NCBI RefSeq assembly: GCF_009914755.1 | Contig: NC_060926.1 | From: the human T2T-CHM13v2.0 reference genome, Homo sapiens | Length of the DNA stretch: 64,000 nucleotides | Reading direction: 5' to 3' (one strand) | Shown: positions 1 through 12,790 of the stretch, piece by piece | Position numbering within the stretch: position 1 is the stretch's first letter | Layout: each line of letters begins with the position of its first letter | The notes under the pieces: model-generated | The model's database searches: none | Told to the model about the DNA's origin: nothing | What the model saw: the letters and a program-made list of their open reading frames with translations, nothing else | Made by a program: the position numbers and the translations under genes

Positions 1-1359
1 GATTGCCATTACGGATGTGTGTGTTGGAGACTGGGTTGAAAAATATATTCTCTTTGTATCTGGCACTGAATTCTTCTTAGGGAGAGAACTCTCTTGGTTT
101 ATAACAACCCTCTACTAAGACCTTTGGGATAGCAAGGAAGAAAGAGCTTGAGGTCAGTAAAAGAGAGTCGAGATAATATAAGACAGTGAAAATGCTCAGA
201 ACAAGAAAATAAGAATTATTCTATTCTCAGAGTGAGGGTGGGCACTACAGGGGTGAATTGGCCAGGGGAGCACTGGAAGGCAGGTAGCCTAGTGTTTAAA
301 TAGGTTGAGAATGGAGGTGCCAACTTTTCAAATGAATTGTTTATATTTCTGCACCCCTTTCAAATCTATAATAAAGTCAGCCCCCTTGCCCTTTATTTCC
401 TATAGAAATTAGGGAAATGGAGGAAAGGATTACATTTCACTTCCAGGTCCATAGGGGGCAGATATAAATGTCAAGATGGTCCATCCAGGCAAGGTTGGTG
501 CCAGAAAGTTCTGACGTCAAAAACTCCCCCAGGAATGTGCAGATATCACGAAAGATGGCTTCGGACTTGCACAGGCAGTGGAATTGGGATTTTATCCAAT
601 TATATATAGATCTCAGGATCCATGAAAGGATCACCTGACATTTTGGTTATGTACAAAAAGGAATGCAGACCTTAAGTGGATAATGAAACTGCTATGAAAG
701 AGACACCCTTTGGACATTAACTTTCAATACAAGGACACTGGCACGAGAGGAGACTGCTCAGATCACCTGCCCTAATGTCTTCATACTTTGTTAATGGAGA
801 AAGAGGCCCAGAGAAATGAAATCCCTAGCCAGGTACCCTAAGTTAGAAATAAGAAAGAACTGTACTCGCAATAATTTTGTGTCATAAAATGGAAAATATT
901 GCCTTGAGGGGAAAACTGCCAGTATTTTAAAGTGTGTCTGGCTTAGAAAGGAGAGACGTCATTAATTGACAAAATGATTTGTTCTGCTAAGTCAGAGTGA
1001 TGAAACTTACTTCCTGGCCTCACACATCCTTCTGGCAGATCCAATTCATTTTGCTGAACTGCATGTTCTTGGGACTCTTGCCATCTCATTACAGGTAAGA
1101 AAGCTGATAAGAGCAGCACCCATTAGACCAGGTGTTCGTGCTGCCTGGGGATCGGTAGGAACAGCCAGAGCCAGAGGCGAAGTTTGAAGCAACATGAAGC
1201 ACAAAATGAACCATAGGTTCATGATTAATTTTTTCTAGCTCCCATTTTTATGACTAAATTTTTTTGGAAGAAAAAAATACACAGCTAACTTAAAGGCATC
1301 ATTACCATCTGAAGATCAAATTATTCTTTAGAAATACTAAACTAGTGGTTTATTATAGA

Positions 1360-1938
1360 TGTATGAGTCAGGGTTCTCCAGAAAAATGGAACCAAAAGGA
1401 AGTGTAGATACACAGAAAAATATTTATAGTAAGGCATTGATCTGAGTGGCTATGGAGGCTGACAAATCCCAAGACCTACAATCGGCCAGTGGTGTAGCTA
1501 GTTCCAGTCCAAGTTCAAAGGCCTAGCCAGGAGAGCCAATGGTGCAGTTCCAGTTTGAAGGCTGAGAGGACCAAGACCCAGGAAGAGCAGATGTTTCAGT
1601 TTGAGTTTGAAGGCAGGAGAAACCTGATGTCCCAGCTGGGAGGCAGCTGGGCAAAAGGAGTTCTGTCTTTTTGTTTGTTCAGGCCTTCAACTGATTGAAT
1701 GAGACCCATTCACATTAGAGAGGGTAAATGCTTTACTCAGTCTGCCAAGTCAAAGGTCAAGGGTTAATCTCATCCAGAAACACCCTTGCAGATATCTGGT
1801 TACCCTGTAGGACAGTCAGGTTGATACATGAAATTAATAAAATAAAATGCTTTAAAAATAAAAATGCATAAAATAAAATGCATCAAAATACATAAACTAC
1901 ATAAAATTAAAATATATAATATAATATTAGCCATCACA
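1360..1938 (-). mobile_element. MLT2 (ERV-L) solo LTR
   Basis: Begins tgtatgagtcagggttctccagaa and ends ttagccatcaca, the reverse complement of MLT2 termini. An AT-rich expansion at ~1836-1926 lies just inside the end. Confidence 0.85.
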
Positions 1939-2690
1939 ATATTTATGGAAGGTTATATATGAGATCAGTTTTCTCATATGGTTTATGAAAGTTGATCTTA
2001 TTTAAGCAGAACTTTTCAATACCTAATGATTTTCTTGTCCATGTTTAATTTGAGGCCCTTGTTTTTTCTCCCAGGTGAAATGTCTAGGTCACCATATATT
2101 TGTGATTTTTGAAAGGCTAAAATCTGGCAGAGACCCATTCCTTAGAATAATGTTAACATTTTAGATTGCCTATAGTTATCTGAGATTTACTTTTCTGTTC
2201 TTTACTCAAGATATTGAAAAGTAAGCCCAGGGTTATACAATTTATTTTTCCACTCCATTTTTTCATTGATCTTTGCCTTTTTTTTTCCCCCTGGGGACTC
2301 TTTGCAAGTGGATGGGCCTCATCTTCTCAGCACCCTAGTTTCTTTGCTCCCCCTTTCTACCTTGAACCACCACTTAATTTCTTTGTTCTTTTTGAGCCTC
2401 TCATTTACCTTTAGCTGCGCTATCATCCTCAGGAACAACATCATTTCTTAATTTCTGAGAAGGTCAAGGCTACATTACATGAACTTGAACTTCACTTCAA
2501 AGGTATCTGTCTTGGCCAGTATTTTCTGCTTCCCTTTCCTTCTCAGAGAAAGAATTTCTCCTTGTTTTCTCAGGTTAGTTCCCGAGTACCGAGTACAGCT
2601 CTCCAATTGCACTCTGATCTCTTCTCCTCCTTATTCCTCAGAGTCACTCTTCAGTTAGTGTTCTCACTACATTGGATGGTTTTTATGCAA

Positions 2691-2798
2691 AAGGTGTTCT
2701 CATAGACTCCTCGTCTTCAGCTATCTGGTGACTCCCTGTCTTCCAAGGTGTTCTTGTAGACTTCTTGTCTCCAACTACCTGGTGACTCCCTGTCCTCC
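2691..2798. repeat. Diverged 54-bp tandem duplication (2 units)
   Basis: aaggtgttct...ctggtgactccctgtc occurs at 2691 and again at 2745. Confidence 0.9.
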
Positions 2799-2949
2799 TC
2801 ATAAGCTCTAGATCCCCATCTGGGTTCCCTCCCACCTGGGTAGCCAGCTCTGTATAGGGAGACAGCCAGCGAGTTGAGCCTGCCATAAACCCTAATCACC
2901 ACTCTTTCCCCTTAACTGTCGATGCCGTCTCCTCTTATAACTTCTATCT

Positions 2950-3182
2950 TGGTTGGTAACATTGCCATCATCCCTGCACCCAAGTGAGAAAGCCCCTCTC
3001 TCCCTACTCTTACTTCCTCCCACCACTTGCAACCCCGACTCCACCACAAACTTCTCTTGATTTTTCGTTCACAATATTTCTCTGTCCAATGCCTTCTTTT
3101 CATTCCCACTGCTCTAGTTTTAGCCTACATTTTCTCTTGCCTGGAATATTGCCACAGCCTGCTAACTGCCTTCTCTGACTCC
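2950..3182 (+). mobile_element. L2 LINE fragment
   Basis: ttctcttgcctggaatattgccacagcctgctaactgccttctctgactcc resembles the L2 3' region. Confidence 0.65.
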
Positions 3183-5272
3183 ATGGTGTTGCTGAAATCA
3201 GGATATGTGGTGACCCAGAACAAGCCTGAGGGAGCCAGGAAGCACTTTGGTTACTAAACACACCGTGAGTGGGAGGGCTCCTGCTCACTGAGTGCCCCTT
3301 CAGCTCCAGTTTCTTCAGGCAAAAATAGGTCCGGGGTCCCAAGGCTGCAGACCTTTGAGTTCACAAACACTGGGCCATTCCCTTAAGGAAGGGATGGATA
3401 ATTCCAAATCCAGACTCAAATGGGGCACTAAAATTATGGTAAGAAGCCGGTCTGAAAGATGTAATATTGCAAAAGGAGCATCCAAATAGGCATCATGGGA
3501 AAAGCTAATTCTTACTCTTGGACTTTCTTACCCTTATTTTATGGTTTAGTATAAATATTATTTTGAATGACATTTTGGGCAGGGATGGCGACTGGATGGG
3601 AAACGTACTCTTCTCAGGATTAAGGGCCTCTGAACATTTTAAGCTGACCCTGCCTTGAGGACATGATCAGGTTGCCATGGTGACGAGTTTAGGAAGGGTC
3701 CCATAACATCATCAGTCATGAGACATTCCCAGTACTGGGCTCTTGTGTGGAGCGCAGGCCACCCATCCAGACTCCACCTTCCTACTTTGGGGCAGTTTTT
3801 TTTTTTTAATTTGGTTGTTTTCTTTTCTTGCTATTGACCACAATCTAAATAGACTGAATCTAAAACTTTAAACCTAAAAGGGAGGTATCTGGGGACTGCT
3901 TGCTTACCTCATAGCATGTTCCTGACACCCCAAATAAACTTATAGGTTCAAACTAGTTAATTGGGAGAAACACAGCCATTTTTATTGCCAGTAAGATTTG
4001 AGTCCAAGGTCACTGCAAAGCCCAACAACACTCTTGAACTTTTCCACCAGAACAGCCGAAAGGCACTTGATTCAAAATTTATTTATAAAGGACCATTTCG
4101 GGTGAACTTCCTGGAACAAAGAGGGACTGATCCAAGGTGACCCCGTGTTCCCACCTCTTAGAACAGACCCTGTTGCCCATGTCAGGAGAGGTGAGAAAGG
4201 TAGTACATTAGTGCCCCAGCACCTTTTGGATTCCTGAGAAAATGGACATTTGTGTCGTGGAGTCTGTGATTTTCCATCTGGCTTTGACTTGCTTCTGCTG
4301 ACTTCTTTGGCTCCACCCTTGACTGGAAGGATGGCCTCGTGGGACACACAGATCAGAGTTATGCTAACGAGGCTGCCGAGTGCCAGTTTGCCTGCTGGGG
4401 ACACCACACTCTAAAAATCCTGCCGGGCAAATTGTCAAAATCCGGTTCCCATCCAGTCCCTTGAGAGTTTCCCTTGAAGAAAAACCAAAACCACCTTGGT
4501 CAATAGCATTAAACACATTTTCACATGACTCAGAAGCAAGGCTTGGCCAGGAAAACCATTTGGTGTATTTAAAAATTCCATTGTCTTATCATTGTGTGAG
4601 GATTTGATACTGGCAGCTGCAGGGATGCCTCAGATGTTTTCAGTATGCCATCGGTACAGGCTCAAAGTGTTCAGGATATGCAAAGTCCTTGAAATTGCCT
4701 AACAAAATGTTTTTAAATGTAAATTTTTATGATGATTAATTTTTATATTTGATTACCTTCCCTCAAACCTACTGGATTTGTATAATGGAATGGAAAAAAA
4801 TAAATATTGCAAAGCAAATCAGTCTGAAATTTTCAGACTTTTTGTAGGCAAGACCGTCAGAGATATTGGCAGAAATTTTGCTTCCATAAAAAATATAGGT
4901 TGGGCTACAATGTTTACAGTTATCAGGGGAGCTATTTTTTAGACCAAATTGGAAACATTTTTTTTTTTTCAAGAGAGAAATTAAAGTAGCTAACTGTGGC
5001 CCAAAATATCTCAATAGAATAATTTTTCAAATAAATTTATGCTTTCCCAAGGTTTTAACAGAAAAAACATTGTCTAGGTCATCAAGATCTGACCTATGTA
5101 ACTATATAAAATAAGAATTTTTATTAGTATAAAAAATCTGGTTGAATAAAATATGAATGAGAAATGTGTTTAAAACAATTATGATGTAAACAAGGAGATG
5201 TTGGGGTACTTGACATACCTTAATTTCTTATAACAACTCTGATATGAAGTGTTATCTCAGTTTTACAAATGA

Positions 5273-5580
5273 GGCCGGGTGCAATGGCTCACGCCAGTAA
5301 TCCCAGCATTTTGGGAGGCCAAAGCTGGACGACTGCTTAAGGCCAGAAGTTTGAGACTAGCCTGGGAGCAGGTTACACATGTGTCTACACACGCGGACAG
5401 GGGCTTGCCCAAGGTCATATGACAAGTGCCTGGCAGAACTGGGATTCCATTTTGACTTTGCATCTAAAGAGCTTCAAAGAAGGTGGAGAGTATGACCTCA
5501 GAGTAATTCAAAGAGGATCATGGTTAGGTAATGGGCACACTGAAGCAACAAGTTAAAGAAATTCAAAATAAACAAACAAA
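5273..5580 (+). mobile_element. FLAM/AluJ-type left-monomer insertion with chimeric 3' part, inserted in a MIR
   Basis: Alu 5' sequence at 5273-5366, non-Alu insert to ~5560, A-rich tail to 5580. TSD tttacaaatgag at 5262-5273 and 5581-5592. MIR sequence on both sides. Confidence 0.85.
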
Positions 5581-6299
5581 TTTACAAATGAGAAACAGAG
5601 GGTCCAAGAACATGAAAGGCTAGTGGGATGTGAATCTAGCTTTGTATCTGTGTCTTACATTACAAAGCTCTGTTCCCCTTTACCACAACCACTTCCCCAA
5701 TGCCAGCTTTCCCACTCAGGTTCTGATACTAAACTAGCTAAAAATTTACAAACACAACATTTTCTGGGCTTGCTTTCATAAAAAGATAAATAACAGCATG
5801 ATTAGCACTTAGATTATGCTATTGCTTTAAAAATCTTAGAAGTATTTTGAAGTGAAAACTTTTCCTTTCAAATCTTGTTTATATTGCTAATTTGCTTACA
5901 AAGACTTTTTTTTTTTTCTTAAATACTGTAAAGGGCACCATAACCTTATTAAGCTCATGTTTTTTTATGTATTTGCAAATATATCATTGCATTTTTGAGA
6001 GCTCTATAAACTAATTTATTTCCTTTTAAATCTACTTAATTGTTCTCTGAAATTGTTCTACATGGGTAGAATGCAGTGAGACTTTCTTTTCTCTAGCACA
6101 GAGAAAATTTTGACAATAAATAGCAAATGGGAAATGAAAATTTGAGCATTCATACTAGTTCCAATAATAGTCTTGTCCTACAATAGTAAATATCTAGTAG
6201 AAAGAACTGTTACTTTACAGACCATAAGTGTCAGGATCTCAGTGTGAGTATCATTTCCTTTTTATTGGTGGTTAAAAATGTACAAGATGCGGTTTATAA

Positions 6300-6510
6300 T
6301 AGTAGTAGTTACTTTTATTAAGAATTTGCTAGGCTTGAGGGTTTCTGCTTAGGCATTATGAACATATTCTCCTTCAAGCCATAATAGACTCACATTTCAA
6401 GGGAGAGATCACTAACCACCAAGCCTGGCTATACATGGGGAGAGGGCTTGTCCAATGCCACATGACAAGTGCTTGGCAGAACTGGGATTCCATCTTGACT
6501 TTGCATCCGA
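6300..6510 (-). mobile_element. MIR fragment
   Basis: cttgtccaatgccacatgacaagtgcttggcagaactgggattc resembles the MIR core. Confidence 0.55.
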
Positions 6511-6662
6511 AGAACTTCAAAGAAGATGGAGGGTATGGCTGCAGTGTAATTCAAACAGCATCATGGTTAGGTGATGGGGACACTGAGGCAAGAAGTTAAA
6601 CTGTGTTACCCAGTTTTCTCAGTGTCATTCATTGGTAATGTTTGCCTTTTAGCTAAATGTAA

Positions 6663-7033
<371 letters not shown>

Positions 7034-7785
7034 TTGTGGGTCATTTTTAGCTCTCATTTCTAGAAAGAAGTGAAAGCTATGGCTGTCCTGAGGAACTTGT
7101 ATACACAGCGGCTTAAGTGAACTAAATGGAGAAAGCCCCCACCCCAAAGCCTGACGGCAATTGTTTATTGTAGTTGAATTGATTTGTTTCACCTTTGGTC
7201 CTTTCTGCAGCCTATCCAGGGGCTTAGAGTGGTGGGACACAGACAGCCCTCAGAGAGAGCCCGGAGGGTCAGGAATTCATCTCTAGTTTGTAGCATGCCT
7301 GACACAGGAGCCTTGGAAAAAATGAAATAGTAGCTGGAACCTTTTGGTTTAATGTCTGTTAGTGATTTATGATGTTCCTATTGTTATCTATTCTAGGCCA
7401 CTGACGTTCAAGTATAGTATTTGTCTTTTTCCTGTAAGGTTCTGATGAACACTTCAGGGGCAAGTTTATTATTTTTCTCAAGAATTGCCTGTCATGGAAA
7501 GCTTTTGGTTTCTTGCCTGGATTCTGCTACCCCAACAAGGCATTTACATAAACACAAGGGGCAGGGCTTATATTTAGCAAGACCTCATCAGCAGGGGCAT
7601 ACCAGTTACATCCTTGAAATACTTCCACACTTGGTGGTACATAGCTACAGCGGCTCTTCTGAGCCTGCTGGATGCCCCTGGACCACCTCGCCCCCTCTCT
7701 CCATGGTCTGGTCACTGGGGCCCCTCCTTTGGGACACACACAACAGGAAACCTCATGATCTGGGCAACTAAAAAAGTAACACCTG

Positions 7786-9998
7786 GCCAGGGTGGTGCCT
7801 GAAGTTTATTTAATTTGGGGACCCAACTTTATTAAGAAGAAAATAATAGTTGGTACAAACTTGAACATAGAAGTAGAATAAGAAATCATAACAAATTATA
7901 AATTTTAAACACCTGACAATAACCCAAACATCACCAAGACTAAGACACATAACAATCTCTTTTACTACTTAATCGCTCTTTATAAGGCCATAAAACTTTT
8001 CTTTGTATATACTTTTTTGGGTTATATTTTCTTTGATCTCTTTACATAGCAATACTTTTATAATATGATCCATAAAAATAATAGAAAGAGAATTCAGTCT
8101 GTCTTCTTTTATGGTTCACCAATTTTTATTTTTATTTTAAATCGTATTTACTAATTTTACTATACCTTATGAAAACTACATCTTGTATTCACAATTTTGC
8201 ACGGCTGATTGTTATAAGAATTTTCTAAAGACTAGCTTCTGAGACCATACATTTCAAAACTCCTTATTCTGGATACGCACTTACCTCCAGTGCGGGTGGC
8301 TTGAGACATGTTCATGTTGCCCTATGACCTCTTGCCTTGTACATTCATATCATGCTGGTTGGTGGGGATTCAGATTACCCCTGTAAATGTCGAAGGGTAC
8401 AGCCACCCTGGTTTTGGCACTAAAAGCATGTTCTTCAGAAAGAAAAGCTGATAAATTCTCAACTTCTCAAAATTAAAACCTTTGCCCTGTAAATTCCATG
8501 TGAAGAGGATGAAAAGACATAGACAGAGAATATACTTGCAAAGCATGCATCTGATAAGGGATTGGCATCAAGAACATAGAAGTAACTCTCAAAACTCAAC
8601 AGTAAAAAACTTTAATTTAAAAATCAACAAGAAACGTAATAGACATCTCACTGAAGAAAATAGACAGATGGCAAATAAGCACTTAGAAAGATATTCAACA
8701 TAATTGGCTATTAGGGAAATACAAATTAACACCGCAATGACATATCGCTATATGTCTATAAGAATGGCTGAAATAAAGAACAGTGACAACACCAAAAATG
8801 ACGGTGAGGATGCAGAGGAACTGGCACACTCACACATTGCTGGTGGGAATGCCAAAGTGTACAGACACTCTGGAAAACAGGTTGGCAGGTTGTTTTTTCT
8901 TTTCTGAAAAAAGCCAGAACATGTGGCTACCGTACAACCCAACAATTGCAGCCTTTTATATTTATCCCAGAGAAATGAAAACATGTGTTCACACAAAAGC
9001 CAGCACGTGAATGTTTGTAGCAGCTGGAACGAGCTCAGATGCCCCTCAATAGGTCTGTGACTAAATAAACGGTGCTACATCCACACCATGGAACTCTACT
9101 CAGCTATGAAAAAGAATAAACTATTGATACGCACAACTTGAGTGAAATGTCATGGGAATTATGCTGAAAAAAAGCCAGTACCCAAAGATTACATACTGTA
9201 TGGTTTCATTTATATAACATTTTTGAAGTGACAAAATTTTAGAGATGAAGAGCATATTAATGTTTGCCTGGGGTTAAGGAGAGGGGAAGCTAGGGGGAGG
9301 GAATCCGGTGTTGTTCTAGAGGGTGGCGTGGTGTTAGATTGTGCAGCAAGTTGGCTGTGGTAATAGGTACACCTCTCTACACGGGTGACAAAAATTGATG
9401 GCACTCAACACACACGCACACACACACACACACACACAAAGTAAAACTGGAAAATCTCAATGTAAATGAATTTGGTCAAAATTAATATCTGGTTGTGATA
9501 CTGAGCGATTGTTTTGCAACATGTTATCACTAGGGAAGCTGGAAAAGTGCACAAGGAATCTCTGTATATTTCTTACAACTACTATTATCTCAATAAAAAT
9601 TCCAATTAAAAAGAACTTAAAAATACTTCTGAAAGTTATTTCTACTCTACAGCAGTTAACAATAACAACTACATACAAAAGTGACTAAAAAGTACATGCA
9701 TATATTATTGCTAAACCGAAACCACTGTATTACTAAATCTATTTTTCCTTAGCCAAATCCCAAAATTTCTTTGGCTACTCCAGTGCTAACCAATGTGAAG
9801 GGAAGTGTGACAGAGGAAACACTGGAGTGGAGAGGAAATAATCAATGGTATTAACACATTGGGGTTAAATTAGCTTACCTCTGCAAATGTTACAACAATC
9901 TACCACCATGTGAATACATTGCTAGATCCTCCCTGCATGAGTGGGTGAGGGGCTCCGAAGCTTAATTAAGCCCCATAGTTTCCCTGAGTCTGTGCCTG
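7786..9998. mobile_element. hAT-Tip100-type (Zaphod/MER115-like) DNA transposon remnant split by an L1MC
   Basis: Left part gcctgaagtttatttaatttggggaccc and right part catgtgaatacattgctag...gggctccgaagcttaa resemble recalled hAT-Tip100 non-autonomous ends. Confidence 0.45.
8411..9615 (+). mobile_element. L1MC-type LINE-1 3' end (ORF2 C-terminus remnant + 3'UTR)
   Basis: Degenerate ORF2 peptide AIREIQINTAMTY...IRMAEIK. L1MC-like 3'UTR with internal (CA)n at ~9408-9438, ending ttatctcaataaaaat. Confidence 0.85.
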
Positions 9999-11774
9999 AA
10001 CTAGGCCCAACAGGGGTCTCAATGACTGAGTTCATCGGCCTCTCCTGTGATTCTTGGTGTCTGGGTTGGGCTGGCCATTGGGTAGTTTGAAACAAGGCTG
10101 CTAATCTTTAAGTTTTTCAAATTAAGTTTTTTGTTTGTTTATTTTGAACTCACAAAAATTAAAGAATGTGGCAGAGGCATATGAAATGGTATGAGAGGTT
10201 TGCTGTAAAACCCTTTGCTTTCATTTGGACTTTGGAATAAGGGGGTTTCATTAGGGAGCCCTTTTTAGGGAGCTTATCTTCAGAAGAAACTAGGACACTG
10301 ATGAGGAGGCAGTTTTACCTGTAAGGTGGTTCAGCTTTTTGAACTCCAAGGACAATGCCATTCAAGAGCTTGACAAAGCAGTGGGCAAACTCCTTGTGCA
10401 CTTCTCCCGTGACTCTCTTCTTCCTTCCCTGGGATAAGGCATGGTTTATCTGGCTGCTGGGATGGGAAAAGACGATCATGCCATCCATCATGCTCAGACC
10501 TTTGGATTCTTTCCTTCAGAGCCACCTGCCCACTTGCCTCCTCTTATCCCTTCTCCTTACAGAAAGTTCACCAAGGCAGATCTGTGCCTTACAGGGTGAG
10601 AGCAAGGGCAGCCAAGTCCCCAGCTGTCCCGCCCCTCCCTGGGTCAGGAGGCTTAGCTAGGTGGAGGATGAGGAGAAGGGACTTTCTTTTGCCTTTGGGC
10701 TTAAGCTATGACATCAAATCCTGCTTTATCAATGATAAAGCCAAAACTTGGACTATGATCTTATTCTTCTTTCTACCTCTCAATTGGTTCAGATCTTGTA
10801 GGGTTGAGAAATGTGGTGAAATGAAAGCTTAAACACACGAAACTTACATTTATCTACATGTGTAATGTTCCAGACACATCGTCTTGTGAAATGCCCTCGA
10901 GAGCCTTCTAGGCACATTTAGGTGCATCACCGGCATAAGCACCCCGTCTGGCTCTGGACACACAGTGACCACAGCACTAGTCTACAGAGAGGAACATTTT
11001 TTTTCATTTCAGTACTGTACATTCCTCCAAGAGTTTTTGAAGCAGCTGGCCTCACGCCCAGTAGTTCTGGGGGAATCATTTGGCCACTCAGTCCCAGTCT
11101 CCCTCCCAAACATGTGGCAGTCAAGGAGAATATTCCTTTTATGATCTCAAGTCAGCTTAGAGTAAAACCAGTCCAGTTTGTAACAGAGGAGGCTGTGGAC
11201 ATAGCAAATAAATCACCAGTAGAGCAGAGAGGTGGCTCCACCTCCCCATGCCCTGGTAAGCTCCTGGCTATGCTTCCTAACTGGGAAGGAGATAGCAGAC
11301 CAGCTAAGCACTGGAGCATCTGCCTCAGGTGACTTCCCCACCCCCACTCCCAATCCAGCTTGGTGTAGGATTTTCACATTCTCTCCTCTTTATTTCTTTT
11401 TCCTCCCCCTAGTCTCATTTGCTTTGGGAAAGACATTTATAAATACAGCTGGGAGCCTCATTTTGCCAATGAATTTTACTTGCCTGAGAAGAAAGCAAAG
11501 TCTAAAGTTAGCTTCTGAATCTTGCAATGACAAATTGGTTATTGATACCAACACCATGTTGGTATTGGTGGAATACCATGAGGACACTGGACCGATGCCA
11601 GTGACACAGATAGGGCAGGCGAGCTCTTGTTGCTCTGGTCAAGCTGCTGGCTCTGCCCCAGATGTGCCACTATCATCACATTTGAGTGGCATCTCCTTGG
11701 CTTGTGAAAGATTCATCCTCTGTGCATCAACAGACTGGTATTCCCAGAAGAGGAAACCAGATTTCGGTTCATGA

Positions 11775-11955
11775 TGTGGTAGAAAGAGCACTAGTCCAAA
11801 CTCAGCGGGCCTGTTTCTAGTTCTGACCTTGTCACTTGCTGAAAAGCTTCAGTTAAGTCACTTTTCAACAGTGCCTCAGTTTCCCTTATCTATATAATGA
11901 GCAATCAGAGCAAGTGCATCTCTATTTCCTTTCCAGCCCTCACTGTCTAGAGTTT
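11775..11955 (+). mobile_element. MIR
   Basis: gtggtagaaagagcact...gtgcctcagtttcccttatctatataatgag. Confidence 0.7.
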
Positions 11956-11989
11956 ATCAGTGCTCTAGCTTATAAAGTGGAAGGAAACA

Positions 11990-12790
11990 GAACTTACTGG
12001 GCAGTTTCTTCATGCTGGGCCTTGAAGCAGAGACTTGATACTGTTCTCATTTAATCTTCAGAAAGTATTATTCCAGTTTTACAGAGGCAGTAACTGAGGC
12101 TCAGCGAGATTAAGAGACTTGTGCAATATCACACAACTGATCTACTGGTGAGCACACATTTTGTTACAAGTGTCAGGAAATCCAGCTTAACCTGGGTTAA
12201 GCAAAAAAGAGAACAAGGAGTTTGAAGATGTGACCAGGAACTGGCTTCTTCTCTCCACCTATCAGCTCTGTTTCCTTTGTGCTGGTTTCATTGTCAGATT
12301 TCCAGTGCTAACCATGTGGCTGCAGCAACTCCAGCCCTCACATCACCTGGGGCTGACCAACTGCTCTAGTTTGCCCAGGAGTTAGGGGGTTCCCCAGACA
12401 TGGGACTTTCAGTTTTAAAGCCAACAAAGTCCCAGTCAAACTGTGACAAGTTGGTCTCCAGCATCAGCTACAGATTCAAATCCAGCAGGAAATAGCATGC
12501 TTTTTCGAGTAGCTCTTGCAAAATATTCTGACTTGCTCAGACCTGACTGCTTTGTACCAGGATCTCTCCCAGAAACAGTCCCTGTGGCCGGTTCGATGCA
12601 GGTGTGCTGATTGGCTTAGGCTTGGGGAGAGCCCTGCCCAGACCATATGCTTGGTGGGGGAGGGGAAGAGCCCTAAAAGAAAGCAGAGGCTGTGGTCAAT
12701 AAGGAGTGTAGGATCCTGTGGAGGTGAGTGGGAATGACACCCTCTGCTGGTAAGTGGCAGGATCAAGTTTCAAACCCCAGTCTCCTTACT
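11990..12790 (-). mobile_element. MIR interrupted by an old MaLR/ERVL LTR (~12150-12745)
   Basis: MIR core ttttacagaggcagtaactgaggctcagcgagattaag stops at ~12140 and resumes ggtaagtggcaggatcaagtttcaaacccc at ~12749. Confidence 0.6.
12348..12460. mobile_element. MER81 (hAT-Blackjack) MITE
   Basis: Inverted termini gggctgaccaac ... gttggtctcc, internal gggactttcagt, degenerate 8-bp TSD acatcacc/gcatcagc. Confidence 0.75.

Noticed and set aside
1085-2080. Splice donor CAG|GTAAGA (~1093) and acceptor ttttttctcccag (~2074), plus other isolated acceptors at 28291, 41448 and 59733
   Set aside because: They could not be assembled into exons with a reading frame, and such sites are common by chance. 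A lncRNA cannot be excluded without transcript data.
4620-6240. AT-rich sequence possibly from an old DNA transposon
   Set aside because: I could not identify termini or transposase motifs, so it is left unannotated.
10922-11774. Overlapping 136-aa and 180-aa ORFs in unique DNA
   Set aside because: Both have GTG starts, no recognisable domain and no convincing exon structure. ORFs of this size are expected by chance.
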